Shown here one piece after another: positions 1 to 14,669 of a DNA stretch of 60,290 nucleotides. The notes beneath the pieces were generated by a model. It did not search any database. It was not told the DNA's origin and saw nothing but the letters and a program-made list of their open reading frames with translations. Source of the stretch: Azolla caroliniana (taxonomy: Eukaryota > Plantae > Polypodiophyta); contig JBHGNT010000176.1 in assembly GCA_043228905.1 (NCBI GenBank), positions 1 through 60,290 of the forward strand, written 5' to 3'. The first letter of the stretch is position 1; each line of letters begins with the position of its first letter. The position numbers and the translations under genes are program-made.

Positions 1-182
1 AATCCGATATCACACGAGCCAGGTATGAACATTTTAATTTACCGCATAGCTCTTCTCAACTCACTCTTCAAATTTGGTAATTTCGTAATGTCTCGCGACC
101 TGAGTTTCAAAATCTTGATTTTTTAATTACATATCATAGCTAGCGTTGTTAGCTTCGATTCGCATGTTTGAACACAAAAATT

Positions 183-3100
183 CGATATCACACGAGCCAG
201 GTATGAACATTTTAATTTACTCAAGGGCTTCTCTCAACTCACTCCTCAAATTTGGTAATCTCATCATGTCTCTCGACCTGAGTTTCAAAATCTTGATTTT
301 TTAATTCCATATCATAGCTAGCGTAGTTAGCTTCGATTCGCATGTTTGAACACAAAAATCCGATATCACACGAGCCAGGTATGAACATTTTAATTTACTC
401 AAGGGTTTCTCTCAACTCACTCCTCAAATTTGGTAATCTCATCATGTCTCTCAACCTGAGTTTCAAAATCTTGATTTTTTAATTCCATATCATAGCTAGC
501 GTTGTTAGCTTCGATTCGCATGTTTGAACACAAAAATCCGATATCACACGAGCCAGGTATGAACATTTTAATTTACTCAAGGGCTTCTCTCAACTCACTC
601 CTCAAATTTGGTAATCTCATCATGTCTCTCGACCTGAGTTTCAAAATCTTGATTTTCTAATTCCATATCATAGCTAGCGTTGTTAGGTTCGATTCGCATG
701 TTTGAACACAAAAATCCGATATCACACGAGCCAGGTATGAACATTTTAATTTACTCAAGGGCTTCTCTCAACTCACTCCTCAAATTTGGTAATCTCATCA
801 TGTCTCTCGACCTGAGTTTCAAAATCTTGATTTTTAATTCCATATCATAGTTAGCGTTGTTAGGTTCGATTCGCATGTTTGAACACAAAAATCCGATATC
901 ACACGAGCCAGGTATGAACATTTTAAATTACTCAAGGGCTTCTCTCAACTCACTCCTCAAATTTGGTAATCTCATCATGTCTCTCGACCTGAGTTTCAAA
1001 ATCTTGATTTTTTAATTCCATATCATAGCTAGCGTTGTTAGCTTCGATTCGCATGTTTGAACACAAAAATCCGATATCACACGAGCCAGGTATGAACATT
1101 TTAATTTACTCAAGGGATTCTCTCAACTCACTCCTCAAATTTGGTAATCTCATCATGTCTCTCGACCTGAGTTTCAAAATCTTGATTTTTTAATTCCATA
1201 TCATAGCTAGCGTTGTTAGCTTCGATTCGCATGTTTGAACACAAAAATCCGATATCACACGAGCCAGGTATGAACATTTTAATTTAAGTCATAGCTCTTC
1301 TTAACTCACTCCTCAAATTTGGTATTTTCGTCATGTCTCTCGACCTGAGTTTCAAAATCTTGATTTTCTAATTCCATATCATAGCTAGCGTTGTTAGCTT
1401 CGATTCGCATGTTTGAACACAAAAATCCGATATCACACGAGCCAGGTATGAACATTTTAATTTACTCAAGGGCTTCTCTCAAATCACTCCTCAAATTTGG
1501 TAATCTCATCATGTCTCTCGACCTGAGTTTCAAAATCTTGATTTTTTAATTCCATATGATAGCTAGCGTTGTTAGCTTCGATTCGCATGTTTGAACACAA
1601 AAATCCGATATCACACGAGCCAGGTATGAACATTTTAATTTACTCAAGGGTTTCTCTCAACTCACTCCTCAAATTTGGTAATCTCATCATGTCTCTCGAT
1701 CTGAGTTTCAAAATCTTGATTTTTTAATTCCATATCATAGCTAGCGTAGTTAGCTTCGATTCGCATGTTTGAACACAAAAATCCGATATCACACGAGCCA
1801 GGTATGAACATTTTAATTTACCGCATAGCTCTTCTCAACTCACTCCTCAAATTTGGTAATTTCGTCATGTCTCTCGACCTGAGTTTCAAAATCTTGATTT
1901 TCTAATTCCATATCATAGCTAGCGTTGTTAGGTTCGATTCGCATGTTTGAACACAAAAATCCGATATCACACGAGCCAGGTATGAACATTTTAATTTACT
2001 CAAGGGCTTCTCTCAACTCACTCCTCAAATTTGGTAATCTCATCATGTCTCTCGACCTGAGTTTCAAAATCTTGATTTTTAATTCCATATCATAGTTAGC
2101 GTTGTTAGCTTCGATTCGCATGTTTGAACACAAAAATCCGATATCACACGAGCCAGGTATGAACATTTTAAATTACTCAAGGGCTTCTCTCAACTCACTC
2201 CTCAAATTTGGTAATCTCATCATGTCTCTCGACCTGAGTTCCAAAATCTTGATTTTTTAATTCCATATGATAGCGAGCGTTGTTAGCTTCGATTCGCATG
2301 TTTGAACACAAAAATCCGATATCACACGAGCCAGGTATGAACATTTTGATTTACCTCATAGCTCTTCTCAACTCACTCCTCAAATTTGGTAATTTCGTCA
2401 TGGCTCTCAACCTGAGTTTCAAAATCTTGATTTTTTAATTCCATATCATAGCTAGCGTTGTTAGCTTCGATTCGCATGTTTGAACACAAAAATCCGATAT
2501 CACACGAGCCAGGTATGAACATTTTAATTTACTCAAGGGCTTCTCTCAACTCACTCCTCAAATTTGGTAATCTCATCATGTCTCTCGACCTGAGTTTCAA
2601 AATCTTGATTTTCTAATTCCATATCATAGCTAGCGTTGTTAGCTTCGATTCGCATGTTTGAACACAAAAATCCGATATCACACGAGCCAGGTATGAACAT
2701 ATTAATTTACTCAAGGGCTTCTCTCAACTCACTCCTCAAATTTGGTAATCTCATCATGTCTCTCGACCTGAGTTTCAAAATCTTGATTTTCTAATTCCAT
2801 ATCATAGCTAGCGTTGTTAGCTTCGATTCGCATGTTTGAACACAAAAATCCGATATCACACGAGCCAGGTATGAACATTTTAATTTACTCAAGGGCTTCT
2901 CTCAACTCACTCCTCAAATTTGGTAATCTCATCATGTCTCTCGACCTGAGTTTCAAAATCTTGATTTTTAATTCCATATCATAGTTAGCGTTGTTAGCTT
3001 CGATTCGCATGTTTGAACACAAAAATCCGATATCACACGAGCCAGATATGAACATTTTAAATTACTCAAGGGCTTCTCTCAACTCACTCCTCAAATTTGG

Positions 3101-6100
3101 TAATCTCATCATGTCTCTCGACCTGAGTTTCAAAATCTTGATTTTTTAATTCCATATCATAGCTAGCGTTGTTAGCTTCGATTCGCATGTTTGAACACAA
3201 AAATCCGATATCACACGAGCCAGGTATGAACATTTTAATTTACTCAAGGGCTTCTCTCAACTCACTCCTCAAATTTGGTAATCTCATCATGTCTCTCGAC
3301 CTGAGTTTCAAAATCTTGATTTTTTAATTCCATATCATAGCTAGCGTAGTTAGCTTCGATTCGCATGTTTGAACACAAAAATCCGATATCACACGAGCCA
3401 GGTATGAACATTTTAATTTACTCAAGGGTTTCTCTCAACTCACTCCTCAAATTTGGTAATCTCATCATGTCTCTCAACCTGAGTTTCAAAATCTTGATTT
3501 TTTAATTCCATATCATAGCTAGCGTTGTTAGCTTCGATTCGCATGTTTGAACACAAAAATCCGATATCACACGAGCCAGGTATGAACATTTTAATTTACT
3601 CAAGGGCTTCTCTCAACTCACTCCTCAAATTTGGTAATCTCATCATGTCTCTCGACCTGAGTTTCAAAATCTTGATTTTCTAATTCCATATCATAGCTAG
3701 CGTTGTTAGGTTCGATTCGCATGTTTGAACACAAAAATCCGATATCACACGAGCCAGGTATGAACATTTTAATTTACTCAAGGGCTTCTCTCAACTCACT
3801 CCTCAAATTTGGTAATCTCATCATGTCTCTCGACCTGAGTTTCAAAATCTTGATTTTTAATTCCATATCATAGTTAGCGTTGTTAGGTTCGATTCGCATG
3901 TTTGAACACAAAAATCCGATATCACACGAGCCAGGTATGAACATTTTAAATTACTCAAGGGCTTCTCTCAACTCACTCCTCAAATTTGGTAATCTCATCA
4001 TGTCTCTCGACCTGAGTTTCAAAATCTTGATTTTTTAATTCCATATCATAGCTAGCGTTGTTAGCTTCGATTCGCATGTTTGAACACAAAAATCCGATAT
4101 CACACGAGCCAGGTATGAACATTTTAATTTACTCAAGGGATTCTCTCAACTCACTCCTCAAATTTGGTAATCTCATCATGTCTCTCGACCTGAGTTTCAA
4201 AATCTTGATTTTTTAATTCCATATCATAGCTAGCGTTGTTAGCTTCGATTCGCATGTTTGAACACAAAAATCCGATATCACACGAGCCAGGTATGAACAT
4301 TTTAATTTAAGTCATAGCTCTTCTTAACTCACTCCTCAAATTTGGTATTTTCGTCATGTCTCTCGACCTGAGTTTCAAAATCTTGATTTTCTAATTCCAT
4401 ATCATAGCTAGCGTTGTTAGCTTCGATTCGCATGTTTGAACACAAAAATCCGATATCACACGAGCCAGGTATGAACATTTTAATTTACTCAAGGGCTTCT
4501 CTCAAATCACTCCTCAAATTTGGTAATCTCATCATGTCTCTCGACCTGAGTTTCAAAATCTTGATTTTTTAATTCCATATGATAGCTAGCGTTGTTAGCT
4601 TCGATTCGCATGTTTGAACACAAAAATCCGATATCACACGAGCCAGGTATGAACATTTTAATTTACTCAAGGGTTTCTCTCAACTCACTCCTCAAATTTG
4701 GTAATCTCATCATGTCTCTCGATCTGAGTTTCAAAATCTTGATTTTTTAATTCCATATCATAGCTAGCGTAGTTAGCTTCGATTCGCATGTTTGAACACA
4801 AAAATCCGATATCACACGAGCCAGGTATGAACATTTTAATTTACCGCATAGCTCTTCTCAACTCACTCCTCAAATTTGGTAATTTCGTCATGTCTCTCGA
4901 CCTGAGTTTCAAAATCTTGATTTTCTAATTCCATATCATAGCTAGCGTTGTTAGGTTCGATTCGCATGTTTGAACACAAAAATCCGATATCACACGAGCC
5001 AGGTATGAACATTTTAATTTACTCAAGGGCTTCTCTCAACTCACTCCTCAAATTTGGTAATCTCATCATGTCTCTCGACCTGAGTTTCAAAATCTTGATT
5101 TTTAATTCCATATCATAGTTAGCGTTGTTAGCTTCGATTCGCATGTTTGAACACAAAAATCCGATATCACACGAGCCAGGTATGAACATTTTAAATTACT
5201 CAAGGGCTTCTCTCAACTCACTCCTCAAATTTGGTAATCTCATCATGTCTCTCGACCTGAGTTCCAAAATCTTGATTTTTTAATTCCATATGATAGCGAG
5301 CGTTGTTAGCTTCGATTCGCATGTTTGAACACAAAAATCCGATATCACACGAGCCAGGTATGAACATTTTGATTTACCTCATAGCTCTTCTCAACTCACT
5401 CCTCAAATTTGGTAATTTCGTCATGGCTCTCAACCTGAGTTTCAAAATCTTGATTTTTTAATTCCATATCATAGCTAGCGTTGTTAGCTTCGATTCGCAT
5501 GTTTGAACACAAAAATCCGATATCACACGAGCCAGGTATGAACATTTTAATTTACTCAAGGGCTTCTCTCAACTCACTCCTCAAATTTGGTAATCTCATC
5601 ATGTCTCTCGACCTGAGTTTCAAAATCTTGATTTTCTAATTCCATATCATAGCTAGCGTTGTTAGCTTCGATTCGCATGTTTGAACACAAAAATCCGATA
5701 TCACACGAGCCAGGTATGAACATATTAATTTACTCAAGGGCTTCTCTCAACTCACTCCTCAAATTTGGTAATCTCATCATGTCTCTCGACCTGAGTTTCA
5801 AAATCTTGATTTTCTAATTCCATATCATAGCTAGCGTTGTTAGCTTCGATTCGCATGTTTGAACACAAAAATCCGATATCACACGAGCCAGGTATGAACA
5901 TTTTAATTTACTCAAGGGCTTCTCTCAACTCACTCCTCAAATTTGGTAATCTCATCATGTCTCTCGACCTGAGTTTCAAAATCTTGATTTTTAATTCCAT
6001 ATCATAGTTAGCGTTGTTAGCTTCGATTCGCATGTTTGAACACAAAAATCCGATATCACACGAGCCAGATATGAACATTTTAAATTACTCAAGGGCTTCT

Positions 6101-6273
6101 CTCAACTCACTCCTCAAATTTGGTAATCTCATCATGTCTCTCGACCTGAGTTTCAAAATCTTGATTTTTTAATTCCATATCATAGCTAGCGTTGTTAGCT
6201 TCGATTCGCATGTTTGAACACAAAAATCCGATATCACACGAGCCAGGTATGAACATTTTAATTTACTCAAGGG
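183..6273. repeat. Tandem duplication of a 17-monomer block (period 3023 bp)
   Basis: Private variants recur at +3023: TCAACCT 451/3474, CAAGGGATTC 1111/4134, GCCAGAT 3041/6064. 3023 = 17x178 - 3. Confidence 0.92.
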
Positions 6274-7000
6274 TTTCTCTCAACTCACTCCTCAAATTTG
6301 GTAATCTCATCATGTCTCTCGACCTGAGTTTCAAAATCTTGATTTTTTAATTCCATATCATAGCTAGCGTTGTTAGCTTCGATTCGCATGTTTGAACACA
6401 AAAATCCGATATCACACGAGCCAGGTATGAACATTTTAATTTAATCAAGGGCATCTCTCAACTCACTCCTCAAATTTGGTAATCTCATCATGTCTCTCGA
6501 CCTGATTTTCAAAATCTTGATTTTTTAATTCCATATCATAGCTAGCGTTGTTAGCTTCGATTCGCATGTTTGAACACAAAAATCCGATATCACACGAGCC
6601 AGGTATGAACATTTTAATTTAACTCATAGCTCTTCTTAACTCACTCCTCAAATTTGGTATTTTCGTCATGTCTCTCGACCTGAGTTTCAAAATCTTGATT
6701 TTCTAATTCCATATCATAGCTAGCGTTGTTAGCTTCGATTCGCATGTTTGAACACAAAAATCCGATATCACACGAGCCAGGAATGAACATTTTAATTTAC
6801 TCAAGGGCTTCTCTCAACTCACTCCTCAAATTTGGTAATCTCATCATGTCTCGCGACCTGAGTTTCAAAATCTTGATTTTTTAATTGCATATCATAGCTA
6901 GCGTTGTTAGCTTCGATTCGCATGTTTGAACACAAAAATCCGATATCACACGAGCCAGGTATGAACATTTTAATTTACTCAAGGGTTTATCTCAACTCAC

Positions 7001-8877
7001 TCCTCAAATTTGGTAATCTCATCATGTCTCTCGACCTGAGTTTCAAAATCTTGATTTTTTAATTCCATATCATAGCTAGCGTTGTTAGCTTCGATTCCCA
7101 TGTTTGAACACAAAAATCCGATATCACACGAGCCAGGTATGAACATTTTAATTTACTCAAGGGCTTCTCTCAACTCACTCCTCAAATTTGGTAATTTCGT
7201 CATGTCTCGCGACCTGAGTTTGAAAATATTGATTTTTTAATTCCATATCATAGCTAGCGTTGTTAGCTTCGATTCGCATGTTTGAACACAAAAATCCAAT
7301 ATCACACGAGCCAGGTATGAACATTTTAATTTACTCAAGGGCTTCTCTCAACTCACTCCTCAAATTTGGTAATCTCATCATGTCTCTCGACCTGAGTTTC
7401 AAAATCTTGGTTTTTTAATTCAATATCATAGTTAGCGTTGTTAGCTTCGATTCGCATGTTTGAACACAAAAATCCGATATCACACGAGCCAGGAATGAAC
7501 ATTTTAATTTACTCAAGGGCTTCTCTCAACTCACTCCTCAAATTTGGTAATCTCATCATGTCTCTCGACCTGAGTTTCAAAATCTTGATTTTTTAATTCC
7601 ATATCATAGCTAGCGTTGTTAGCTTCGATTCGCATGTTTGAACACAAAAATCCGATATCACACGAGCCAGGTATGAACATTTTAATTTAAGTCATAGCTC
7701 TTTTTAACTCACTCCTGAAATTTGGTATTTTCGTCATGTCTCTCGACCTGAGTTTCAAAATCTTGATTTTCTAATTCCATATCATAGCTAGCGTTGTTAG
7801 TTTCGATTCGCATGTTTGAACACAAAAATCCGATATCACACGAGCCAGGTATGAACATTTTAATTTACTCAAGGGCTTCTCTCAACTCACTCCTCAAATT
7901 TGGTAATCTCATCATGTCTCTCGACCTGAGTTTCAAAATCTTGATTTTTTAATTCCATATCATAGCTAGCGTTGTTAGCTTCGATTCCCATGTTTGAACA
8001 CAAAAATCCGATATCACACGAGCCAGGTATGAACATTTTAATTTACTCAAGGGCTTCTCTCAACTCACTCCTCAAATTTGGTAATTTCGTCATGTCTCGC
8101 GACCTGAGTTTGAAAATATTGATTTTTTAATTCCATATCATAGCTAGCGTTGTTAGCTTCGATTCGCATGTTTGAACACAAAAATCCAATATCACACGAG
8201 CCAGGTATGAACATTTTAATTTACTCAAGGGCTTCTCTCAACTCACTCCTCAAATTTGGTAATCTCATCATGTCTCTCGACCTGAGTTTCAAAATCTTGG
8301 TTTTTTAATTCAATATCATAGTTAGCGTTGTTAGCTTCGATTCGCATGTTTGAACACAAAAATCCGATATCACACGAGCCAGGAATGAACATTTTAATTT
8401 ACTCAAGGGCTTCTCTCAACTCACTCCTCAAATTTGGTAATCTCATCATGTCTCTCGACCTGAGTTTCAAAATCTTGATTTTTTAATTCCATATCATAGC
8501 TAGCGTTGTTAGCTTCGATTCGCATGTTTGAACACAAAAATCCGATATCACACGAGCCAGGTATGAACATTTTAATTTAAGTCATAGCTCTTTTTAACTC
8601 ACTCCTCAAATTTGGTATTTTCGTCATGTCTCTCGACCTGAGTTTCAAAATCTTGATTTTCTAATTCCATATCATAGCTAGCGTTGTTAGTTTCGATTCG
8701 CATGTTTGAACACAAAAATCCGATATCACACGAGCCAGGTATGAACATTTTAATTTACTCAAGGGCTTCTCTCAACTCACTCCTCAAATTTGGTAATCTC
8801 ATCATGTCTCTCGACCTGAGTTTCAAAATCTTGATTTTTTAATTCCATATCATAGCTAGCGTTGTTAGCTTCGATTC
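7001..8877. repeat. Tandem duplication of a 5-monomer block (period 890 bp)
   Basis: TCGATTCCCA 7091/7981 and AAAATCCAAT 7291/8181. One mismatch noticed (CCTGAAA versus CCTCAAA near 7717/8607). Confidence 0.9.
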
Positions 8878-11800
8878 GCATGTTTGAACACAAAAATCCG
8901 ATATCACACGAGCCAGGTATGAACATTTTAATTTACTCAAGGGCTTCTCTCAACTCACTCCTCAAATTTGGTAATCTCATCATGTCTCTCGACCTGAGTT
9001 TCAAAATCTTGATTTTTTAATTCCATATCATAGCTAGCGTTGTTAGCTTCGATTCGCATGTTTGAACACAAAAATCCGATATCACACGAGCCAGGTATGA
9101 ACATTTTAATTTACTCAAGGGCTTCTCTCAACTCACTCCTCAAATTTGGTATTTTCGTCATGTCTCTCGACCTGAGTTTCAAAATCGTGATTTTCTAATT
9201 CCATATCATAGCTAGCGTTATTAGCTTCGATTCGCATGTTTGAACACAAAAATCCGATATCACACGAGCCAGGTATGAACATTTTAATTTACTCAAGGGC
9301 TTCTCTCAACTCACTCCTCAAATTTGGTAATCTCATCATGTCTCTCGACCTGAGTTTCAAAATCTTGATTTTTTAATTCCATATGATAGCTAGCGTTGTT
9401 AGCTTCGATTCGCATGTTTGAACACAAAAATCCGATATCACACGAGCCAGGTATGAACATTTTGATTTACCTCATAGCTCTTCTCAACTCACTCCTCAAA
9501 TTTGGTAATTTCGTCATGGCTCTCGACCTGGGTTTCAAAATCTTGATTTTTTAATTCCATATCACAGCTAGCTTTGTTAGCTTCGATTCGCATGTTTGAA
9601 CACAAAAATCCGATATCACACGAGCCAGGTATGAACATTTTAATTTAATCAAGGGCATCTCTCAACTCACTCCTCAAATTTGGTATTTTCGTCATGTCTC
9701 GCGACCTGAGTTTCAAAATCGTGATTTTCTAATTCCATATCATAGCTAGCGTTGTTAGCTTCGATTCGCATGTTTGAACACAAAAATCCGATATCACACG
9801 AGCCAGGTATGAACATTTTAATTTACTCAAGGGCTTCTCTCAACTCACTCCTCAAATTTGGTAATCTCATCATGTCTCTCGACCTGAGTTTGAAAATCTT
9901 GATTTTTTTATTCCATATCATAGATAGCGTTGTTAGCTTCGATTCGCATGTTTAAACACAAAAATCCGATATCACACGAGCCAGGTATGAACATTTTAAT
10001 TTACTCAAGGGCTTCTCTCAACTCACTCCTCAAATTTGGTAATCTCATCATGTCTCTCGACCTGAGTTTCAAAATCTTGATTTTTTAATTCCATATCATA
10101 GCTAGCGTTGTTAGCTTCGATTCGCATGTTTGAACACAAAAATCCGATATCACACGAGCTAGGTATGAACATTTTAATTTACTCAAGGGCTTCTCTCAAC
10201 TCACTCCTCAAATTTGGTAATCTCATCATGTCTCTCGACCTGAGTTTCAAAATCTTGATTTTTTAATTCCATATCATAGCTAGCGTTGTTAGCTTCGATT
10301 CGCATGTTTGAACACAAAAATCCGATATCACACGAGTTAGGTATGAACATTTTAATTTACTCAAGGGTTTCTCTCAACTCACTCCTCAAATTTGGTAATC
10401 TCATCATGTCTCTCGACCTGAGTTTCAAAATCTTGATTTTTTAATTCCATATCATAGCTAGCGTTGTTAGCTTCGATTCGCATGTTTGAAAACAAAAATC
10501 CGATATCACACGAACCAGGTATGAACATTTTAATTTACTCAAGGGCTTCTCTCAACTCACTCCTCAAATTTGGTAATCTCATCATGTCTCTCGACCTGAG
10601 TTTCAAAATTTTGATTTTTTAATTCCATATCATAGCTGGCGTTGTTAGCTTCGATTCGCATGTTTGAACACAAAAATCCGATATCACACGAGCCAGGTAT
10701 GAACATTTTGATTTACCTCATAGCTCTTCTCAACTCACTCCTCAAATTTGGTAATTTCGTCATGGCTCTCGACCTGGGTTTCAAAATCTTGATTTTTTAA
10801 TTCCATATCATAGCTAGCGTTGTTAGCTTCGATTCGCATGTTTGAACACAAAAATCCGATATCACACGAGCCAGGTATGAACATTTTAATTTAAGTCATA
10901 GCTCTTTTTAACTCACTCCTCAAATTTGGTATTTTCGTCATGTCCCTCGACCTGAGTTTCAAAATCTTGATTTTTTAATTCCATATCATAGCTAACGTTG
11001 TTAGCTTCGATTCGCATGTTTGAACACAAAAATCCGATATCACACGAGCCAGGTATGAACATTTTAATTTACTCAAGGGCTTCTCTCAACTCACTCCTCA
11101 AATTTGGTAATCTCATCATGTCTCTCGACCTGAGTTTCAAAATCTTGATTTTTTAATTCCATATCATAGCTAGCGTTGTTAGCTTCGATTCGCATGTTTG
11201 AACACAAAAATCCGATATCACACGAGCTAGGTATGAACATTTTAATTTACTCAAGGGCTTCTCTCAACTCACTCCTCAAATTTGGTAATCTCATCATGTC
11301 TCTCGACCTGAGTTTCAAAATGTTGATTTTTTAATTCCATACCATAGCTACCGTTGTTAGCTTCGATTCGCATGTTTGAACACAAAAATCCGATATCACA
11401 CGAGCCAGGTATGAACATTTTAATTTACTCAAGGGCTTCTCTCAACTCACTCCTCAAATTTGGTATTTTCGTCATGTCTCTCGACCTGAGTTTCAAAATC
11501 GTGATTTTCTAATTCCATATCATAGCTAGCGTTATTAGCTTCGATTCGCATGTTTGAACACAAAAATCCGATATCACACGAGCCAGGTATGAACATTTTA
11601 ATTTACTCAAGGGCTTCTCTCAACTCACTCCTCAAATTTGGTAATCTCATCATGTCTCTCGACCTGAGTTTCAAAATCTTGATTTTTTAATTCCATATGA
11701 TAGCTAGCGTTGTTAGCTTCGATTCGCATGTTTGAACACAAAAATCCGATATCACACGAGCCAGGTATGAACATTTTGATTTACCTCATAGCTCTTCTCA

Positions 11801-14351
11801 ACTCACTCCTCAAATTTGGTAATTTCGTCATGGCTCTCGACCTGAGTTTCAAAATCTTGATTTTTTAATTCCATATCATAGCTAGCGTTGTTAGCTTCGA
11901 TTCGCATGTTTGAACACAAAAATCCGATATCACACGAGCCAGGTATGAACATTTTAATTTAATCAAGGGCATCTCTCAACTCACTCCTCAAATTTGGTAA
12001 TCTCATCATGTCTCTCGACCTGAGTTTCAAAATCTTGATTTTTTAATTCCATATCATAGTTAGCGTTGTTAGCTTCGATTCGCATGTTTGAACACAAAAA
12101 TCCGATATCACACGAGCCAGGTATGAACATTTTAATTTAACTCATAGCTCTTCTTAACTCACTCCTCAAATTTGGTATTTTCGTCATGTCCCTCGACCTG
12201 AGTTTCAAAATCTTGATTTTTTAATTCCATATCATAGCTAGCGTTGTTAGCTTCGATTCGCATGTTTGAACACAAAAATCCGATATCACACGAGCCAGGT
12301 ATGAAGATTTTAATTTACTCAAGGGCTTCTCTCAACTCACTCCTCAAATTTGGTAATCTCATCATGTCTCTCGACCTGAGTTTCAAAATCTTGATTTTTT
12401 AATTCCATATCATAGCTAGCGTTGTTAGCTTCGATTCGCATGTTTGAACACAAAAATCCGATATCACACGAGCCAGGTATGAACATTTTAATTTACTCAA
12501 GGGCTTCTCTCAACTCACTCCTCAAATTTGGTAATCTCATCATGTCTCTCGACCTGAGTTTCAAAATGTTGATTTTTTAATTCCATACCATAGCTAGCGT
12601 TGTTAGCTTCGATTCGCATGTTTGAACACAAAAATCCGATATCACACGAGCCAGGTATGAACATTTTAATTTACTCAAGGGCTTCTCTCAACTCACTCCT
12701 CAAATTTGGTATTTTCGTCATGTCTCTCGACCTGAGTTTCAAAATCGTGATTTTCTAATTCCATATCATAGCTAGCGTTATTAGCTTCGATTCGCATGTT
12801 TGAACACAAAAATCCGATATCACACGAGCCAGGTATGAACATTTTAATTTACTCAAGGGCTTCTCTCAACTCACTCCTCAAATTTGGTAATCTCATCATG
12901 TCTCTCGACCTGAGTTTCAAAATCTTGATTTTTTAATTCCATATCATAGCTAGCGTTGTTAGCTTCGATTCGCATGTTTGAACACAAAAATCCGATATCA
13001 CACGAGCCAGGTATGAACATTTTGATTTACCTCATAGCTCTTCTCAACTCACTCCTCAAATTTGGTAATTTCGTCATGGCTCTCGACCTGAGTTTCAAAA
13101 TCTTGATTTTTTAATTCCATATCATAGCTGGCATTGTTAGCTTCGATTCGCATGTTTGAACACAAAAATCCGATATCACACGAGCCAGGTATGAACATTT
13201 TGATTTACCTCATAGCTCTTCTCAACTCACTCCTCAAATTTGGTAATTTCGTCATGGCTCTCAACCTGAGTTTCAAAATCTTGATTTTTTAATTCCATAT
13301 CATAGCTAGCGTTGTTAGCTTCGATTCGCATGTTTGAACACAAAAATCCGATATCACACGAGCCAGGTATGAACATTTTAATTTACTCAAGGGCTTCTCT
13401 CAACTCACTCCTCAAATTTGGTAATCTCATCATGTCTCTCGACCTGAGTTTCAAAATCTTGATTTTCTAATTCCATATCATAGCTAGCGTTGTTAGCTTC
13501 GATTCGCATGTTTGAACACAAAAATCCGATATCACACGAGCCAGGTATGAACATATTAATTTACTCAAGGGCTTCTCTCAACTCACTCCTCAAATTTGGT
13601 AATCTCATCATGTCTCTCGACCTGAGTTTCAAAATCTTGATTTTCTAATTCCATATCATAGCTAGCGTTGTTAGGTTCGATTCGCATGTTTGAACACAAA
13701 AATCCGATATCACACGAGCCAGGTATGAACATTTTAATTTACTCAAGGGCTTCTCTCAACTCACTCCTCAAATTTGGTAATCTCATCATGTCTCTCGACC
13801 TGAGTTTCAAAATCTTGATTTTTAATTCCATATCATAGTTAGCGTTGTTAGCTTCGATTCGCATGTTTGAACACAAAAATCCGATATCACACGAGCCAGG
13901 TATGAACATTTTAAATTACTCAAGGGCTTCTCTCAACTCACTCCTCAAATTTGGTAATCTCATCATGTCTCTCGACCTGAGTTTCAAAATCTTGATTTTT
14001 TAATTCCATATCATAGCTAGCGTTGTTAGCTTCGATTCGCATGTTTGAACACAAAAATCCGATATCACACGAGCCAGGTATGAACATTTTAATTTAATCA
14101 AGGGCATCTCTCAACTCACTCCTCAAATTTGGTAATCTCATCATGTCTCTCGACCTGAGTTTCAAAATCTTGATTTTTTAATTCCATATCATAGCTAGCG
14201 TTGTTAGCTTCGATTCGCATGTTTGAACACAAAAATCCGATATCACACGAGCCAGGTATGAACATTTTAATTTAACTCATAGCTCTTCTTAACTCACTCC
14301 TCAAATTTGGTATTTTCGTCATGTCTCTCGACCTGAGTTTCAAAATCTTGA

Positions 14352-14389
14352 TTTAGGGTTTAGGGTTTAGGGTTTAGGGTTTAGGGTTT
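14352..14389 (+). repeat. Interstitial telomeric repeat (TTTAGGG)5+TTT at a satellite deletion junction
   Basis: Sequence reads ...CAAAATCTTGA-TTTAGGG x5-TTTCTCTCAAC... with five perfect Arabidopsis-type repeats at 14352-14386. Flanking monomer starts 14234 and 14516 are 282 bp apart (356 - 74). Confidence 0.97.
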
Positions 14390-14669
14390 CTCTCAACTCA
14401 CTCCTCAAATTTGGTATTTTCGTCATGTCTCTCGACCTGAGTTTCAAAATCGTGATTTTCTAATTCCATATCATAGCTAGCGTTATTAGCTTCGATTCGC
14501 ATGTTTGAAAACAAAAATCCGATATCACACGAACCAGGTATGAACATTTTAATTTACTCAAGGGCTTCTCTCAACTCACTCCTCAAATTTGGTAATCTCA
14601 TCATGTCTCTCGACCTGAGTTTCAAAATTTTGATTTTTTAATTCCATATCATAGCTGGCGTTGTTAGCT

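Noticed and set aside
1-178. Identity with Arabidopsis thaliana CEN178 or another named ~178-bp satellite
   Set aside because: Only the length matches. The consensus lacks the HindIII site AAGCTT typical of CEN178 and I do not recognise the sequence. A search against satellite databases is needed.
1-178. 5S rRNA, tRNA or snRNA tandem gene cluster
   Set aside because: No recognisable RNA-gene sequence, Pol III boxes or cloverleaf. Only short palindromes (GATATC, TAGCTA, GCTAGC) are present.
825-840. 177-bp monomers as sequencing homopolymer errors
   Set aside because: The T5 allele recurs at matching positions in duplicated blocks (offsets 3023 and 2669 require it), so it is probably real but unremarkable.
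14352-14389. True chromosome end or telomere-telomere fusion
   Set aside because: Only five repeats in one orientation, with the satellite continuing in the same direction on both sides.
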